This document shows, in pieces, positions 19,904 through 31,194 of a DNA stretch of 64,000 nucleotides. This DNA is from Paramoeba atlantica (lineage: Eukaryota > Protista > Discosea). The first letter of the stretch is position 1; every line of letters begins with the position of its first letter. The stretch is from NCBI GenBank assembly GCA_977017575.1, contig CDRNVI010000003.1, forward strand, positions 62,001 through 126,000, in the 5' to 3' direction. Below the pieces are notes generated by a model. It saw only the letters and a program-made list of their open reading frames with translations. It did no database searches and was not told the origin of the DNA. A program made the translations under genes and the position numbers.

Positions 19904-20296
19904 TCACCTGAGAACAGAAAAGCGAGAAAATTCGGTCTCAAACAAGCTCAAAAATGTAGTCAATTCTGCTATAGCACAATCCGCAGCTTGAAGAAGTGCC
20001 TCCTTAGGCCCACCACTTTTTTCAGTATCCCTTACAATAGTTTGGACCTTTAGTAGAACCTTGTGCTCAATGGGATGCTGTACTTTGTAAGCTGAGAAGG
20101 CAACTGAGTTATCATCATTTAATCGCATTCGAAGTAAATTTGCTAACGTATGATCTTCTTTGTTAATCATAACATTGAGCGTACTGGGCATTTTGTCATC
20201 AACAGCAATACTTACCTTAGGACCATCCTCCGGCATATCTACATTTGTTCCGCGCGGGAGGAAATTAAATGGAATACGTTCTGCGTGTACACTCAT
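19904..20296 (-). CDS. RPB11: RNA polymerase II subunit RPB11
   Basis: INKEDHTLANLLRMRL...FSAYKVQHPIEHKVLLKVQT signature. Confidence 0.9.
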   Translation of the reverse strand: MSVHAERIPFNFLPRGTNVDMPEDGPKVSIAVDDKMPSTLNVMINKEDHTLANLLRMRLNDDNSVAFSAYKVQHPIEHKVLLKVQTIVRDTEKSGGPKEALLQAADCAIAELTTFLSLFETEFSRFSVLR

Positions 20297-20681
20297 GTGA
20301 AAATGGACTCAATAAGAATTTTGAATGAAAAGTTTGATGTGTATATCACTGTATTACTCTAAAATACAGGAAATGTAGCTCGAAAGCTCCTCTGAAGGGA
20401 AAAAAATAGAAAGAAACGAGGGTGAAGATGACACGTGGAGCATATTACAACAGCTCATCTTGTAAAACGAAAGGGAATAAACCGAAAAATCAGGTTATAG
20501 TTTAGAAAAAAGACGAAAAGAAAAATATTGTGAAAGTGGATACTATACGTTCGTTGTCTGCACCGGTAATCTTATTTTCCTAAATTGAACTAAAATTAAC
20601 AATTTTATAGTAACTCCCTGAGAGTCAGACCTGAACCCCTGTACGTATTGGGAACAGAGAAAAAGATTCGAAGTTGAAAGA

Positions 20682-21581
20682 TTAAGGTTTGTGATAGTTT
20701 TGAATAGATTTGGTGCTGCTTACCGTGAATGAAGAGCGCATATTTCCAGCGGTTTTCTCAAGGCAAGGAGAACCACTACGATCTTTGACAGAGGTCTGGT
20801 TTAGTGTATTAAAGGCGAATTTTGATTCCTGTTTTTCGATGATACGGTTCTTTACAAAAGAACGCTCTTTTGGTTTCGAAGGTTTCTCATCTGGTTTTTT
20901 TACGGATCGAAGACTCTTTTGTACTGAAGTTTCGCGTGGCGCTACAGACTCTCCATGTTGTTTTTCTCCATCGAGTGTTTTATTTGATAACTTTACAGAT
21001 TTTTTGGATTCAGGAACTTTTTTTGTTTTCTTTGTGTTCTCTTTTGCCTTTTTTCTTTCTCTGGAAAATTTGAATTTTACGCTTTGCTTCCTAAATACGC
21101 GCTCTAAAACGTCTTGAACCAGTACTGTCACTTGTTTTTCATTTTCTTCTGATATTTTTGTTTCTAGCCACTCCACAACATTTCGGGGGATTGGAGAAAG
21201 AGCAGGGTCAGCGCTTCGCACAAAAGTCTTGTAATGTGTCTCATTCGATATATTGCTAGTCACAGGACGAAAAGGAGTGATTGTAGCTTGTACGGGAGCG
21301 TATTCGATATAGAGGTTGTGCGGACTCCCCTTCTTGTCATACACTATGACCCCATTGAGACGAGTTGCCAGAGAGCGAATTGCAGTTTCAGAATTCATGT
21401 ACACCAAAGCGTATGAGTATCGAAGCGGTTTATGTTCATTTGACGGCGAATGTCCGGCAACAAAGTGATGCCAAGTTACTTGCGCTCGTTGGTCACCAAT
21501 AAGCTTGACAAATTCCTTCTCTTTCATGTCTGGCGGAAGGTGTCTTACGGTAATTTTTAAAGACAGACATTCCCGCGACAT
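20682..21581 (-). CDS. UPF3: UPF3/Smg4-like RRM-fold NMD factor
   Basis: LKITVRHLPPDMKEKEF...YSYALVYM...IEYAPVQ matches the Smg4_UPF3 pattern, followed by a basic low-complexity tail. First ATG is at 21581. Confidence 0.7.
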   Translation of the reverse strand: MSRECLSLKITVRHLPPDMKEKEFVKLIGDQRAQVTWHHFVAGHSPSNEHKPLRYSYALVYMNSETAIRSLATRLNGVIVYDKKGSPHNLYIEYAPVQATITPFRPVTSNISNETHYKTFVRSADPALSPIPRNVVEWLETKISEENEKQVTVLVQDVLERVFRKQSVKFKFSRERKKAKENTKKTKKVPESKKSVKLSNKTLDGEKQHGESVAPRETSVQKSLRSVKKPDEKPSKPKERSFVKNRIIEKQESKFAFNTLNQTSVKDRSGSPCLEKTAGNMRSSFTVSSTKSIQNYHKP

Positions 21582-22441
21582 TAAAGCGACAAAGTAAAGA
21601 ATCAGGGGATAACCTACGATTGGTGGGAACAAACATTTTAATGAAAAACTTCATAGGTGTATTAAACCACATTCCCGATTACGGAGGGGGAATTAAGAGG
21701 GGGGGGGGCACGTGTCTGTGGTGATCGGTAGAATATGGCAGAAATGGGCAATAATCTGCTGTTAACGAGGACTGCGGCGGAGAAAAAAATGTTTCATGTC
21801 GAAAAAAATCGAAATTTGCGATACCCATCTATCTTCTAAAGGTGTCGTAACTTGTCTTTTTTCATCATTTTCATTTGGCAGTAGACAGGGGTATGGGCGG
21901 ACTGCCCGAAGTATCACCTCGCATACAACATAGTCGTCGTAGGTACAAACATTGAAAAACAAAATTGAACAAAATGGGGGGTCTAGGGGGGGGGCAGGGA
22001 GGCAAGGGGGGGAACACGTACACTTATAACGCATAAAACTCGCACCCTTAGAGGGGTGAAACTTAAGAAAACGTCACCTGGACGAACCGAAGAGAACCGA
22101 CCCAATCCCATTGAAACCAATGGCGATTTCTACTTGGCGTTTTTTTCAAAGCTTGCTGCCAACTTTTCATGTTCAAAAATAATGTGCACTTCTATATCAT
22201 TTTCTTGTATACTCCCATATTATACGTTGCAGTCCTAGAGGCACAGTTCTGTCCCTGAGAAGTGTAGTCTTTACTGAAAGAGAGAGAAAACCTCTAGTAT
22301 CATGGAAGATTTCCTTGCAGTATGGAGGTGCCGGTGATGGTACGGACGCATGTACTCCCCCTCTCATTACCGGTGAAACTTTAATAAAGCGTAACATTAA
22401 TTAACGTAATGTCTGGTGAGAAAAAAATGTTTACGTTAATT

Positions 22442-22564
22442 AATTTCTTTTTTAGGCTCTTCGTTAAACGCGGTGGTTGTTTTCAACTTAGAAGTCACTC
22501 ATGCTGCGCGCTTCGCGTTGAAAACTACCACCGCGTTTAACGAAGAGCCTAAAAAAGAAAAATT
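22442..22564. repeat. Long palindrome, copy 3
   Basis: Near-identical to 8042-8164, with a similar upstream flank starting CCGGTGAAACTTTAAT. Confidence 0.9.
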
Positions 22565-22586
22565 GGTAAAAGATCATGAATAAACA

Positions 22587-22799
22587 CTTCTTATTACGCG
22601 GCTAGTTCTAATTTAACCCTGCTAAACCGGTCCAAAGCCCGGGGTTACCATCTGTTGTGTTTCACATCAGTGGTAAAAATGGGGATGGAAGGAGGATTAC
22701 GAATATTGCAGGGCAGAAAAAGAGAGGTGGGGGGTTGAGGCGTCCGACTATGGGCTTTGACCAGCAGGGTTAAAGGAGAACTAGCCGCGTAATAGGAAG
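22587..22799. mobile_element. MITE related to 59658-59847
   Basis: TIRs CTTC[TC]TATTACGCGGCTAGTTCT..TTTAACCCTGCT; internal CCGGTCCAAAGCCCGGGG is shared (inverted) with 59658-59847. Confidence 0.75.
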
Positions 22800-23522
22800 T
22801 TATGCTTCACTAGAACCTTCTCAGGGCAGTGATGCGCACTTCCAGCAACGGGCGGAGGTCGGACGCCTAGCCTGGTACTGCAGCGCAGAGGACTACTGTG
22901 AGTCCTAATGTATATTTTTAAAAAGTCGTTATCAGAATGACGACGGCATTTCATTTCTGAGACTTTTCTAGGTAGTAATATCCAGATAATATCGCACATT
23001 CTTACAATTTTTGTAAATTTATTTTCTATAACTAGGTTTTAGATAAAAACATTCTTCATAATACATTGAGCATACTGCATATGCATCAGAAGAAATATCC
23101 CATAGATACCACTCAGTGAGGAGTTATTTAGTTCGCCATAGGGCGTATTGAGTCCTCGACTCTCATAGATACCACTCAATTAGGAGTTATTTAGTTTTTC
23201 CAAAATCGTTTCCCCTATTGTATTTTGGTAGTTTAGGACCTATACTAGCTTTCTGCGCAGTTGTTTTCGCAGGCTATCGCTTCTTCAAGCCGTGGTATGC
23301 CCGCGAAATTGGTCCATTTTTGAATAGAAACGGTGAAAAAGTATTTTTCGGACCCCAAGGAGACTTTTTGTGTCGAAAGAATGGTGCGGTTGGAGTCGTA
23401 TTCTCCACCCAATACGTTCGATAGGTTTTCATTCATGCCTACGAGTGATTTCCCGCACGCAAATGTCGGATTTAGTGCTCTGAGAGCTAAAATACGCGAA
23501 AATCACCCCATTTTTACCCGAA

Positions 23523-23661
23523 AATAGCAATCTTTCGTAAATAACTCGGTGTACTGTGCATAAGTAATGTAGTAAATAGAGCAACTTGGTTTTATTCTCC
23601 TATTGTAGATTTTTGTTCTACTATGCACAGTACACCGAGTTATTTACGAAAGATTGCTATT
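23523..23661. repeat. Perfect 40-bp inverted duplication covering the transposase start codon
   Basis: 23523-23562 is the exact reverse complement of 23622-23661. Confidence 0.9.
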
Positions 23662-24623
23662 GAAAAACTTGAAAACGGATCTGCACTTCGTAGAGTGGTC
23701 GCCGATTTAAACTTAAGCGTAGGAAATGTCAGCCGCATTAAAAATAAATATCTTCCATCGCTATCTAGACAACCAACCGGTCGCCCACGTAAGCTGAGTG
23801 ATACTTGCCGTAGGCGCGTCCACCTTCTCATCACTAGCGGCGCCACAAAAGACGCAGTTGCCGCCAGCAAAAGGTTGAGAGACGAAGGCGGATGTTTGCC
23901 CGGAAACCATTCGGGTTTCCCTTCGTAAGCGTGGTATGAAGGGAAAGAAGAGGGTCAAGAAGCCCTACCTTACGAAACGTCACAAGGCTCTACGTCTTGC
24001 TTTTGCAAGAAAGTACGAGCATTGGACGCACGCCGACTGGGGCCGTGTACTTTTCACGGATGAAACGAAGATCTGCCGTTTCGAGTCGAATGGTAGCCGG
24101 TGGGTTTGGGGAGGAGCTGTCTGAGCGAAACACACAAGGTACGCTCAAGTATGGTGGCGGCTCCATCATGATATGGGGTTGCATGATGGAGCACGGTGTG
24201 GGAACCATTGAGCTGGTTCACGGGAATATGAACGCCGAGCAGTACGTTCAAATACTGCAACAAAAATTGCCCCCTTCCCTACAAAAGCTGAGTGTCACGA
24301 AGGATCGGATCGTCTTCCAACAGGATAACGATCCGAAGCACACGAGTAAGAAGGCTCGCGATTTTTTAAATTCGCAGGAGCTGTGTGTGCTTGACTGGCC
24401 CCCTCAGTCTCCCGACTTAAGCCCCATAGAAAACCTATGGGTTGAACTGAAAAAGGCAACGGCAGATTACCCCGACCCACCCGCAGGAATGATCGAGTTA
24501 TGGGAACGGGCCCAAAAAACATGGGCGAAAGTTCCTCCAAGTGCATGCCTCCCTCTTGTCCAAAGCATGCCCCGTCGTTTGAGGGCAGTCATCAGGGCGA
24601 AGGGGGGACTTACTAAGTATTAA
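23623..24623 (+). pseudogene. Tc1-type DD34E transposase with at least two frameshifts
   Basis: HTH N-terminus; GRPRKLS, VLFTDETK, KYGGGSIMIWGC, FQQDNDPKH and WPPQSPDLSPIEN. There are 34 residues between the second D and E. Confidence 0.9.
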
Positions 24624-25114
24624 GTCTAAACCATTTTGGTCCATTAAGGGTGAAGCAATAGAACGTTTTCCTATAAAAAAACGTGTCCGAAAAAAAGTCA
24701 AAAAAGTGTTCATATGTTGGACTGACATTATATCTTTCATAGTTTTTCGTAGTAAGATCGTTGATGAACTCAAAGTACGTGGGGATATAAGCACTACCCC
24801 AGCCTACACTACTACCATATACTACAGCATTATCCTCTGATTCTCATTGGTAAAAAATAAAAACATTAAAAAATTTCGAAACATTTGAACACTTTTTTGA
24901 GTTACTCAAGTACCGTCCAGGTATACTGGGTCCAGTTGTACTGGCCTTTAGTACTGGTCTTTAGTAGATTTGACTGGAGTATCCCTCAAATTCATAGAAT
25001 GAGAAACCATATTCGAATAAAAAACTCTCAAATTTTTGAAATATTGGGAGTTTTTTAGTAAAATCATGCTATTTTTTCGTGTTTTTTCCTAAATATTTTT
25101 GACCCAGGGGGGGG

Positions 25115-25610
25115 GTGATAGGCAAACAAACGGCGGTAAGCGCTCTAATTTTCGTGCTTCTCATGCACCGCTTGCGACACGAGGGTGCTGCTGTGTCTGC
25201 AGAGACACTCGAGCACCTCATGCTCGACGACGCCAGCGAAACCGACAATAAAGCGATTGTCGCCATCCTTGCTGGGCACGAACGTGCGCTAGCAATTGTT
25301 GACCGCTGTGCGGCCGCCGTCAGCAAAACATATTCTGTATCATCTCCTTTCGTCTCTCGTGCTCCAGTGGCACGAAATTCCTACAAGCGGGTGGCCTCCA
25401 ATAAAGGCACCTCATCGATCAAGCTGTGGAATTATCCCCACGCTCCGCGGTACTTGCCGTCATTGCGGGAAAAAAGGGCACGAAATCCGGGATTGCAGGG
25501 CGAAACACGTGCAAACTCATGATTCGCACGCGCCAGACAAAAACTATAAGCGTGGTAACGAAAGCGAAGCCCGGAACGACAAATTTCGCAAGCCGTAGCC
25601 TTGTGAGATG
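25115..25610 (+). pseudogene. gag-like ORF remnant with CCHC zinc knuckle
   Basis: MHRLRHEGAAVSAETLEHLM matches MSYRLRHEGVSVSRETLESLM of the other copy; GTCRHCGKKGHEIRDC lies in a shifted frame. Confidence 0.78.
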
Positions 25611-26028
25611 AGTTCAGATAAGTACATTATGTACCTATTGATTTACAGAAACTAATACTGATATGGGCGTCTGTTATCGTCGTCTGCATATAAAAAACTT
25701 CTACAATGTTTTTAAATTGGGGTAAACCCAGATAAAACCTAGATAACTTGGGCTTCAGGCAACAAAAATCCAACCCTTGAAAAAGAGCAATCCATTCACC
25801 ATCTCATTCAACAACACAATTCTTGGAATTATCATTTTTGGGCGTATCAATCTGTTTTTACGGTATCCGTGTCGTTCAAGAATGAGAACTAATGTACTTA
25901 CCCGAGTTAGTTTCATGAGACTCAGTTCGTATTCAATATCATAGAGTTACAAGTTGTTCTACAACTTGTAGTAGTAGAAGTTGTTCTACAACTTCTACAA
26001 CGTCTTTGTAACTGAACATCTATTAACC

Positions 26029-26896
26029 ATGCCCCAATTCAGACGCCAGAGTATAAGTGATGATACTATACGAGCTAACACGCGACGTTTGCTTCAATCA
26101 AACGTACACTCGCACCTCTCTCAACTTGCAGTTGCCCCGGAAACTGCTCGAAGGCGACCGCTTGATTTTTCTAGAATCGAGCATCTGTTGGGAGTACATG
26201 GCGTATGTAACATGACCGAAGAAGCCTTTTTAGCTCTTTGTGTCCGCCTCTCAAGGTTTTATCGAGCCTCAAAGTTGGAGGCGCTACGCTCCGCCCTCGT
26301 GTGGCGGCAGCTCGAAGACGTACCTATGGAGCAGTGCTGGACACAAACGATCCGTTTTCGAGGACGGTTCAAGGGTGCAACTCGTTTGTGTCTAGATCCC
26401 CAACCCAGAGGTTCAATCACCTTCGATCAACTGAAAGAGTTGACAGAGTACTGCTGCGGTATCGGGGAAACGGAATACGCGCGAGGCCTTGCTATCGCGT
26501 ATTATGGCTTGTTACGACATAGCGAATTAGAGTCGTTACGTAGAAACGACGCTGACACAGAAACTGCAATCCTTCGGATTCGTGGTGGAAAAGGTCGCCT
26601 CCACCACGAAGTCGACATCATCCATGTGCCAGAAGTTCAGGAGCTACTGACTTGCCTCAAGAGAGACGGTACCGCCATTTTTTTTCTTCCTTTCTGAAAA
26701 AAAAATCAAAGCCAACGCTCTGATTCGCACAGCAGCTGAGCATTTCGGCTGGAATCGACGGCAAAGTTGGTCCTTTCACTGCTTACGTCACGGCGGGGCG
26801 GGCCATCTGACCCGGCAAGGTGTTGACCTCTCCACTAGACTTCTACGAGGTTGTTGGATGTCTTCATTCAGTGCTCAAAATTACTCAAGGATATAG
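26029..26896 (+). pseudogene. Tyrosine recombinase, frameshifted
   Basis: GLLRHSEL and IRGGKGR; after a frameshift near 26690, FHCLRHG...WMSSFSAQNY. Confidence 0.85.
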
Positions 26897-27144
26897 CCTT
26901 ATCCTTCTTTTCGTACGAAGAAAAAGAAAAAGCAGTCGTTGTGCTCTACCCCTGAAAAAGGTGAAAATGTATTAATATCAAATACAAGAACAGCTACAAA
27001 CACTATAATCGCTGTAGCAAGTTAATAAGATACGCGCATACATCTTCAAACAAGTTGGATGGCATTAAGTATCCAGCGATTTGTCAGCACAATGTATAAT
27101 AGTTTTAAACGTCGTAACCTATTTATCACCTCATACACGACAAC

Positions 27145-28430
27145 ATGGATATTCAATACCTCAATTCTGAACGGTCCTTCCCGTTCGATACGTACTATGT
27201 ACCGGACGTGTTAACCTTCGCAGACGTGGAAATTTTGCTCATGACTCAGATATTCTTTACCCTCTGGAAAACGTCGGCGGCATCAGATATCAAGAGTATA
27301 GACCGTTTTCCTTTTGCCCGAGAGGCAATCTCTCTTATAAATACCGACCCCCTGCCAACAAACACGTGCTACATTAATGCGATTCAGTCAGACTCCTCTC
27401 ATTATAGAAGTCACATACATTACTTACACGAAGCAGGGGTATTGGTGCCAACAACGAAGGAAATGGCCCACGGATTCGGAAAATACATAGCGGTACTGAA
27501 GGATGAGACATATTCTCGAGCAATCTTCGACCTCCGCTGGACAAACGAACGTGTCGCAGTGGAAGGCGTCCCTGTTCAAGTTCCAAGCATACAGGTTCTC
27601 ATCCGCGCTCTAATTGGATTGGGAGATTGCGCATCGAAAGGTTTCTCTTTTTTGCACGGCGACATCCGAAATTGGTATTACCAGATACCTATATCCCCTT
27701 CACTTGGCCAGGCCTGCTGCATCAGGAGCGGGTCCTTGGTACTTCGGCCCGCGGTCTTACCGATGGGATACAGGCACGCATGTGGCATTGCGCAAAGTAT
27801 CATGTGGGGAATTATGCTACATGAAGAAAAAAGAGACATTGACCTTAACATAGGCATAAATTTATCCGAGGCCACTGAAGCTCCAGGGCTTGTGCACTTA
27901 TCTCAAGGTGGATTCATCGCCTTATTATACTATTCATTCCTAGTGGCGTCATGTACATAAACTGTAAAGCATTGGTATCACCGCCTTGAGCGCAATTTTA
28001 AACTTTTCAACGTGGTCACGAAGCATATGACTTTGGAAAAGAGAACCTCCTCATTTACATATTGTGGAATAAAAATTGTACAGGACGAAGGGAAGGCAAT
28101 GTGGATGGTAGATCCTGTCATCGCTGCTAATTGGGCACTTGCAGCCAGTCGTGTTGATATTGTCACCATAAGAAAACTGTATCAATTCGCCGGATTTTTG
28201 CGACACGCTTACGCCATATTAGTACACGATTTACGCTTACACCATATAGTAGGCACCATAAGGGAAGGCAATGTGGATGGTAGATCCTGTCATCGCTGCT
28301 AATTGGGCACTTGCAGCCAGTCGTGTTGATATTGTCACCATAAGAAAACTGTATCAATTCGCCGGATTTTTGCGACACGCTTACGCCATATTAGTATACG
28401 ATTTACGCTTACACCATATAGTACACGTTT
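27145..28430 (+). pseudogene. YR-retrotransposon reverse transcriptase remnant
   Basis: SRAIFDLRWTNE, LHGDIRNWYYQIP and VLPMGY; stop at 27958-27960; tandem duplication follows and there is no RNase H. Confidence 0.88.
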
Positions 28431-28722
28431 TACAACTAATTTATTTACAACTAATTGTCTTACATTTATATACTCTATTACAGATCTTCAAATGAAATCA
28501 TTAAAGTGATCCGAAACGCGGCGTTTGCGCTTGATCAGGAACCCTCCCAGTGGGAGTGACACATGGTAGGCTAACTACGGAGTGTTCATTGTCACTGGTG
28601 AAGCGACCTAGGAGATTTTTCGGCGAAAATTGCGAAATTTCAACCCGAATTTGGGCCGTTTTGGATGCCTTACCAGTAGGGGCAGAAGCCGAATCTGACG
28701 AAAAAAATGTCGTAGAATGGTA

Positions 28723-28850
28723 CAGTGATCGTCACCAATCTGAGAGTCACGAAAATGAGAATGACCCTCTCAAGAATGACAAATTATCGTGTCAACGTTC
28801 AACTCAAAAAGGGCCTTGAAAATGAGAATGAGAATGGATCAAAAGGGACC
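28723..28850 (+). repeat. Left end of a second copy of the 4948-6086 TIR family
   Basis: TA|CAGTGATCGTCACCAATCTGAGAGTCAC... colinear with 4948-5057; a further shared block lies near 29860-29900 vs 5920-5962. Confidence 0.75.
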
Positions 28851-29299
28851 CTGTTGTGCAATCTGGGCAAAAATTTGTAAACCACAGTCCGGTTTACTAT
28901 ACCTAGGGACACCTATTGTACCCGTCAGAAGACCAAAATGAACACGACCGACACTCTCCTGAAATTAATGAGGCCGATCGACTCATGATGGTGTTCCTTG
29001 AGGCGTTTAATCGTGTCATAGAGCGTGTTCCACGTGAGACAGCATTGTATGGAAATAATCCGAAACCTCGTACTCAACCCCTTGTTCAAAATAGAGTATG
29101 GCGAAATTTTGACTTTCGCCATACTCTATTGGCGAAAGTCAATAGAGACGACTTTGCTCGGGGTGTACCAGATTTGTTTGTGTTCGGGGGTGGCGAAGCA
29201 TTGGCTGTGTTCCGCAAGGGGAGGATCCCGTAACCTGGATGAGATCACATGGCCTGTTTGAAAATGCCGCGTGTTACTTCCATGGGGCGGACTATCTCC

Positions 29300-29770
29300 A
29301 AGATGTGCCAGGAAAGCCCGACATGATGGTTTGCCAACACCGTCTTCCGAATGAGAGAAACCTGTGTCGGGCCCGAGTTAGCAAATTCTCTCCGATCTTC
29401 TTCACACGAATTTCTTTAGACAGACGCCGCAAACCATTTGTGTATTGGGTAGATTTGCTAGAACCGTGGAGTGCAACGGAAGGTGGTGCAGAAAATTATT
29501 CGAGCGCTTGGCAACGCAGCCCTGCATCAGGAGGAGACTTCGAACTAAAAATTTTCCCGGATGCAGGTTGACGAAACGTTTATTGGAAAACGTAAGTACA
29601 GCCGTGGGAGGCGTCAGCGCGTAACAGGCTACTGGTTCGCAACAGTTACGGAGCAAGAAGGAAGAATGATGGATCTTACCCACTGGAAATTGGTAAAGAT
29701 TCGGGACCGTACGACATTGCAAGCTTGTATTCTACTTCATTTGGCCAGCGCACGCACAGTGGATAGTGCT
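29300..29770 (+). pseudogene. Merlin/ISXO2-like transposase fragment
   Basis: MQVDETFIGKRKYSRGRR...WFATV...VKIRDRTTLQACI, preceded by a Cys-containing N-terminal remnant. Confidence 0.8.
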
Positions 29771-29842
29771 CAGAACGACTTTAAATGGAAATTTGGTCGA
29801 AGGGAACATTTGTTTTGAAAAAAACGTACTTTTGGGTACAGT

Positions 29843-30406
29843 TTGAGTGCAGGTGACCCAAATATTTTTTTTCTACTTCTTTTCTATTTCTTGTCAACGC
29901 TATTTCTTTCAACACTGAAGCCCTTTGAGGATGATCCGTGCTTTATCTTTAAAAAGGCTTTCAGTCAAGCCTTTTACTCTGGGGGTCGGTGCAGTGAAAC
30001 AAAGGGCAAGTATCGAGGTGTTGCCTTGGAACTTGTACTTGCTCGTTTTGACCAAGGGATCATGAAAGCAGAGGAAACATTCCGTCAATCGTACCACGGA
30101 CTGGGTGAGGATGCCCCGATCTTTTGTAAAGAAAAGCTTGGATCCAACTTAATCAATTGTCTCGAAAAGTTGAAAGAAGTTGCGCCGCGTCAATCTGCAC
30201 CTTTGATAGAATTTTTAAATAGCAACGATTCGACATGGTATGAGAAGCACGTGTATCTCATTCAACAAGGCCCGAAATTGATCATGGCCTTACAAAGCGC
30301 ACGGGAAACAAATGGAGTGGAGACTCCGAAGCTGGGTGGGGTTGATGCCGAGTCATTTTTCTCATATGGATGCTTTGATATTAAATTATTTATATTTCTA
30401 CGCTAA
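29843..30406 (+). CDS. Hypothetical ORF (187 codons, TTG start), possibly transposon cargo
   Basis: Open frame with helical-protein-like composition; no recognised motif. Confidence 0.25.
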   Translation: MSAGDPNIFFLLLFYFLSTLFLSTLKPFEDDPCFIFKKAFSQAFYSGGRCSETKGKYRGVALELVLARFDQGIMKAEETFRQSYHGLGEDAPIFCKEKLGSNLINCLEKLKEVAPRQSAPLIEFLNSNDSTWYEKHVYLIQQGPKLIMALQSARETNGVETPKLGGVDAESFFSYGCFDIKLFIFLR

Positions 30407-30700
30407 TTTCTATTTCTACGCTTACTGTTACTAGATCCGCAGCTCCCTTTCTCAACTTGAGCGAGTTATGTCCTGCATCGAAGCTTTTCTGCGGTTCGGC
30501 TTTGATCTTATTAAGCAAAGCTCACCATACGTATCATACCAGTGGTAGTGTGATATGATCATACATTATTAAAATTTACGCGCGCTAAAATATTCATAGT
30601 AGCATTATTCGGGATCTTCTGCGATTGCCGAACTTTTCTTTTAAGTAGTAGTACTTTTAGTTCACTACTTTTAGCTCACTGTTAAGGTAACCTTTTTTTG

Positions 30701-31194
30701 GCACATAATTATTACCTTAATTTCTGGTACCTTAATTATTGGTACCTTAATTAATGTTTGTAGCCAATATTTCCGATGTCCATATCTTTCGAAACTTGAA
30801 CAAAATTCAGTTGAAAGGACCTACAACACCTTTGACCAGATGAGTTAGAATATTTGAAGTCCATGCGTAGAATCATAATTCGCAATTAGAACATTAGATA
30901 CCACACCTTTAATCTCGCGCACCTGTGCATTTAAGTAAGCAATTTTTAGCAAATAGGTAGCGATCTCATTCACATAATGAGAGCACATTTCCCTGTTTAG
31001 CTAGAGTTTTAAGCATGCCTACCTTATACGATTTTTGAATGCACGCTGATAGGTTCTAAGTTGAAAATAACCACTGCCTTTCACGAAGCGACTAAAAGAG
31101 AAATTAATTTTTCGACAGATTTTCGGAAAAATGAGTGACACATAATTATTACCTTAATTTCTGGTACCTTAATTACCTTAATAAGTGTTTTGAC
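30701..31194 (+). repeat. Second copy of the 470-bp repeat, bracketed by about 35-bp direct repeats
   Basis: CACATAATTATTACCTTAATTTCTGGTACCTTAATT occurs at about 30702 and about 31139. Confidence 0.8.

Larger units (their letters stand above)
25110..28615 (+). mobile_element. Decayed VIPER/TATE-like YR retrotransposon (gag-YR-RT), 5'-truncated, RNase H deleted
   Basis: Homologous in gene order and sequence to 53979-59657; frameshifts in all three ORFs; internal duplication with 172-bp period at 28089/28261. Confidence 0.85.

Noticed and set aside
25630-25655. Second SL-like sequence on the minus strand (AGTTTCTGTA...GTAC)
   Set aside because: Only a 10-nt match with wrong spacing; compatible with chance in AT-rich DNA.
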